A stretch of DNA of 62,883 nt, counting the filler, from Babesia bigemina (lineage: Eukaryota), in NCBI RefSeq assembly GCF_000981445.1. It is 8 parts of 8 records of this genome, joined end to end, with 100 filler letters (N's around TTAATTAATTAA, not from the genome) between each part and the next. Parts side by side here need not be neighbours in the genome. Positions count along the whole stretch, not along the records: positions 58,430 to 60,452 come from NW_012237211.1; positions 60,553 to 62,883 come from NW_012237212.1; 6 more parts are not named here. One strand, 5' to 3'. A program made the position numbers and the translations under genes. Positions 58,430 to 62,883 of this stretch are shown here, piece after piece (the first letter of the stretch is position 1; each line of letters opens with the position of its first letter). The notes below the pieces were generated by a model. The model was not told the origin of the DNA. It worked only from the letters and a program-made list of their open reading frames with translations, and ran no database searches.

Positions 58430-60452
58430 GCGCTGCCGGCACGCCTGCGGAGCCGCCACGGCCAACTGCAGCTGCGGCTGTACGGCACGCCAGACGCCGC
58501 CAGTGTCGCGCTGGTGCCACATTGGTGTGGTTACGTGCCTGTGTTGCCTCCCTGCCCCAGCCCACATCCGCCCGTTGTGCCGGGCTCCGGTGCGTGAGGT
58601 CTGCGGGCGGGGTGCCCGGACTGGGGGCTTGGCAGTCGAGGCACCAGACGGATGGCAGCTAGGGCACGGCAGTGAAGCAGTGCTGGCGGATGACATATTG
58701 GACCAGGTTTGGCGCAGTGCTGCGTGTTGTAGGCCGTGTCTGTCTGCCTCGCTCCACGACCCCCGGCGCCGCGCAGCCGCCGTGTCAGCGGATACGGGGC
58801 GTAGCAGATACCACAACTCAATGCGCTACCGGCACCTAATAGCTATAAGACGTAGTATCGTACGCACTTTGATGTGGCTGTGATGGCCTGGCTCCCAACA
58901 CCCGTCACCCTGCCGCCACCGCCGCCACGCCTACACCGCTGCGGACGGGCTCTGAGGCAGGCGGGTCGTGGGCACTGGCGGTGGCACCAGGCGTCATGAG
59001 ACGATACTGTCATCGGAGCTGCCTGGCACCACACTTGCTGAAATAACACTTGCTGGCACTCGTCCAGCTGCTACCCGGGCATCCACTGCCGCCAACACGC
59101 CTGGGGAGGGTCTGTGGCGCCGGGTGGAGTCGCTGGGTGGAGTCGCTGGGTGTGACATCGCCAGACCGCGGCAGGCGCAGCGCAGCACACGATGTGACCT
59201 GGTGTCGCGGTATAGCTGCTCTATATGTACCATCCACCGACACGCATCCGGGCAGTCCGGGAGCGGCGCTGCCGGCACGCCTGCGGAGCCGCCACGGCCA
59301 ACTGCAGCTGCGGCTGTACGGCACGCCAGACGGCGCCAGTGTCGCGCTGGTGCCACATTGGTGTGGTTACGTGCCTGTGTTGCCTCCCTGCCCCAGCCCA
59401 CATCCGCCCGTTGTGCCGGGCTCCGGTGCGTGAGGCCTGCGGGCGGGGTGCCCGGACTGGGGGCGTGGCAGTCGAGGCACCGGAGGGATGGCAGCTAGGG
59501 CACGGCAGTGAAGCAGTGCTGGCAGATGACAGATTGGACCAGGTTTGGCGCAGTGCTGCGTGTTGTAGGCCTTGTCTAACTGCCTCGCTCCACGACCCCC
59601 GGCGCCGCGCAGCCGCCGTGTCAGCGGATACGGAGAGTAGCAGATACCACAACTCATTGCGCTGCCGGCACCAGGCAGGCACTGATGTAGTATGGTACGC
59701 ACTTCTATGTGGCCGTGATGGCCTGGCTCCCAACACCCGTCACCCTGCCGCCACCGTCGTTACGCCTACACCGCTGGGCAAACGGCCTCTGAGGCAGGCG
59801 GGTCGCGGGCACTGGCGGTGGCACCAGGCGTCATGAGACGACGATACGTGTGACCGAGGCTGCCTGGCACCACACTTGCTGAAATAACACTTGCTGGCAC
59901 TCGTCCAGCTGCTACCCGGGCATCCACTGCCGCCGGCACGCCTGCGGAACCGCCACGGCCAACTGCAGCTGCGGCTGTACGGCACGCCAGACGCCGCCAG
60001 TGTCGCGCTGGTGCCACATTGGTGTGGTTACGTGCCTGTGTTGCCTCCCTATCCTAGCCCACATCCGCCCGTTGTGCCGGGCTCCGGTGCGTGACGCCTG
60101 CGGGCGGGGTGCCCGGACTGGGGGCTTGGCAGTCGAGGCACCAGACGGATGGCAGCTAGGGCACGGCAGTGAAGCAGTGCTGGCGGATGACATATTGGAC
60201 CAGGTTTGGCGCAGTGCTGCGTGTTGTAGGCCGTGTCTGTCTGCCTCGCTCCACGACCCCCGGCGCCGCGCAGCCGCCGTGTCAGCGGATACGGGGCGTA
60301 GCAGATACCACAACTCAATGCGCTACCGGCACCTAATAGCTATAAGACGTAGTATCGTACGCACTTTGATGTGGCTGTGATGGCCTGGCTCCCAACACCC
60401 GTCACCCTGCCGCCACCGCCGCCACGCCTACACCGCTGCGGACGGGCTCTGA
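58430..60452. repeat. GC-rich long-period tandem repeat (units from ~58430, ~59266, ~59930)
   Basis: The block GCCGGCACGCCTGCGGA...GCCAACTGCAGCTGCGG recurs three times; periods ~835 and ~660 bp. Confidence 0.9.
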
Positions 60453-60552
60453 NNNNNNNNNNNNNNNNNNNNNNNNNNNNNNNNNNNNNNNNNNNNTTAA
60501 TTAATTAANNNNNNNNNNNNNNNNNNNNNNNNNNNNNNNNNNNNNNNNNNNN

Positions 60553-60843
60553 CAAAAATCCCATCACCCCGTCACACAGCCTGTCAAGGTCAGAGTACAC
60601 TATCCCACTGCCATCGTAGCCTTTGGTAGCAGAGTTGAAGCCGAGGAAAGTCTCGAGGCCGGAGCAGAGGTTAGTAAGGATGTTAGTAGGGTTGTTATTT
60701 GAGGTATTTTTAAGGTTTTAAATTTTGTCAAATTTCTTGCCAAGCTCCCTAGGCGGCACATGGTCAGGGCAGTGGCAAGAGGTGGAGGAAGGAAAGTGAA
60801 GGGTGACAAGGCACAAGTTATTAGGATGGTTTATAGAGGTCAT
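60553..60843 (-). pseudogene. 5' fragment of an antigen gene with an in-frame TAA at codon 42 (60720-60718)
   Basis: MTSINHPNNLCLVTL...KKFDKI*, then NLKNTSNNNPTNILTNLCSGLETFLGF...GIVYSDLDRLCDGVMGF. Confidence 0.8.
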
Positions 60844-60871
60844 AGGGGTATTATGGCGAGGTAATTCAAGG

Positions 60872-62870
60872 GATGTAGAGTAGATAAGGGAGCGATGTAG
60901 AGTGGATAAAGGGGCGATGTGGAGTGTGTTAGGGAGCGATGTAGGGTGGATTAGGGAGCGATGTAGAGTGGGTTAGGGAGCGATGTGGAGTGGATAAGGG
61001 GCGATGTAGAGTGGGTTAAGGGGCGATGTAGAGTGGGTTAGGGAGCGATGTGGAGTGGGTTAGGGAGCGATGTGGAGTGGGTTAGGGAGCGATGTGGAGT
61101 GGGTTAGGGAGCGATGTAGAGTGGATCAAGGGGCGGTGTAGAGTGGGTAAAGGGGCGATGTCGAGTGGGTTAGGGGGCGATGTAGAGTGGCTTAGGGAGC
61201 GATGTAGGGTGGGTTAAGGGGCGATGTAGAGTGGATAAAGGGGCGATGTAGAGTGGATAAAGGGGCGATGTAGAGTGGGTTAAGGAGCGATGTAGAGTGG
61301 GTAAAGGAGCGATGTAGAGTGGGTTAAGGAGCGATGTAGAGTGGTTTAGGGAGCGATGTAGAGTGGGTAAAGGGGCGATGTAGAGTGGATAAAGGGGCGA
61401 TGTAGAGTGGGTTAAGGGGCGATGTAGAGTGGATAAAGGGGCGATGTAGGGTGGGTTAAGGAGCGATGTAGAGTGGATAAAGGAGCGATGTAGAGTGGGT
61501 TAGGGAGCGATGTAGAGTGGGTTAAGGGGCGATGTGGAGTGGGTTAAGGGGCGATGTAGAGTGGATAGAGGAGCGATGTGGAGTGGGTTAGGGAGCGATG
61601 TAGAGTGGGTTAAGGAGCGATGTAGAGTGGATAAGGGAGCGATGTAGAGTGGATAAAGGAGCGATGTAGAGTGGATAAGGGGCGATGTGGAGTGGATAGA
61701 GGAGCGATGTAGAGTGGGTTAGGGAGCGATGTAGAGTGGGTTAAGGGGCGATGTAGAGTGGGTTAGGGAGCGATGTAGAGTGGATTAGGGAGCGATGTAG
61801 AGTGGATAAAGGAGCGATGTACAGTGGGTTAGGGAGCGATGTAGAGTGGGTTAAGGGGCGATGTGGAGTGGGTTAAGGGGCGATGTAGAGTGGGTTAAGG
61901 GGCGATGTAGAGTGGGTAAAGGGGCGATGAAGGGTGGATAAAGGGGCGATGTAGAGTGGATAAAGGGGCGATGTGGAGTGGGTTAAGGGGCGATGTAGAG
62001 TGGGTTAAGGGGCGATGTAGAGTGGGTTAAGGGGCGATGTGGAGTGGATAGAGGAGCGATGTAGAGTGGGTTAGGGAGCGATGTAGAGTGGATTAAGGAG
62101 CGATGTAGAGTGGATTAAGGAGCGATGTAGAGTGGGTTAAGGGGCGATTAGAGGAGGTGAAGGAGCGATGTGGAGTGGGTTAGGGAGCGATGTAGAGTGG
62201 GTAAAGGGGCGATGTAGAGTGGATAAAGGAGCGATGTGGAGTGGGTTAAGGGGCGATGTAGAGTGGGTTAGAGAGCGATGTAGAGTGGGTAAAGGGGCGA
62301 TGTAGAGTGGGTTAAGGGGCGATGTGGAGTGGGTTAGGGAGCGATGTGGAGTGGATAAAGGGGCGATGTAGAGTGGATAAAGGGGCGATGTAGAGTGGAT
62401 AAAGGGGCGATGTAGAGTGGATAAGGGAGCGATGTAGAGTGGATAAGGGAGCGATGTGGAGTGGGTTAAGGAGCGATGAAGAGTGGGTTAGGGAGCGATG
62501 TAGAGTGGGTTAGGGAGCGATGTAGAGTGGATAAAGGAGCGATGTAGAGTGGGTAAAGGGGCGATGTGGAGTGGATTAGGGGGCGATGTAGAGTGGGTTA
62601 AGGGGCGATGTAGAGTGGGTTAGGGAGCGATGTAGAGTGGGTTAAGGAGCGATGAAGGGTGGGTAAAGGGGCGATGTAGAGTGGATAAAGGGGCGATGTA
62701 GAGTGGGTAAAGGGGCGATGAGGAGTGGGTTAGGGAGCGATGTAGAGTGGATAAAGGGGCGATGAAGAGTGGATAAGGGGCGATGTAGAGTGGATTAGGG
62801 AGCGATGTAGAGTGGATAAAAGAGCGACGCAGAGTGGATAAAGGGGCGATGTGAGTGATAAAGGGCGAGA
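60872..62870. repeat. 22-bp satellite, reverse orientation
   Basis: GTAGAGTGGGTTAGGGAGCGAT units. Confidence 0.96.
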
Positions 62871-62883
62871 AGACGGCTCCTTT

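Noticed and set aside
58382..60380. Many overlapping ORFs in the GC-rich repeat
   Set aside because: Expected from high GC content; frames are not preserved between units and there are no recognisable motifs.

Overview
Eukaryotic DNA, most consistent with a Babesia of the B. ovata/B. bigemina type (judged from protein motifs; not verified by search). The window is eight contigs joined by artificial 100-bp linkers (N44-TTAATTAATTAA-N44), so adjacency across linkers is not reliable. Most of it is an array of large VESA/ves2-like variant surface antigen genes (the 'ebh'-annotated type): five near full-length ORFs plus several fragments, in two C-terminal classes. Each sits in a stereotyped cassette: 22-bp satellite, leader, gene, 3' flank with a conserved 15-16-mer, class-specific 12- or 24-bp repeat, 20-bp satellite, 22-bp satellite. 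The main surprise is two nearly identical copies of an RLE-type (R4/Dong-like) non-LTR retrotransposon. They lie in opposite orientations, and both join the same short site (codons TDDAT) in the 5' part of two different antigen genes. The 5'-truncated copy is fused to a 1.8-kb mismatch-free 22-bp/60-bp higher-order array that may be a product of reiterative reverse transcription. Other points: most antigen genes have a broken start, suggesting a silent archive; one divergent gene pair is separated only by a quasi-palindromic satellite; and there is a hidden frameshifted Cys-rich membrane protein gene with tandem exon/mini-intron repeats upstream.
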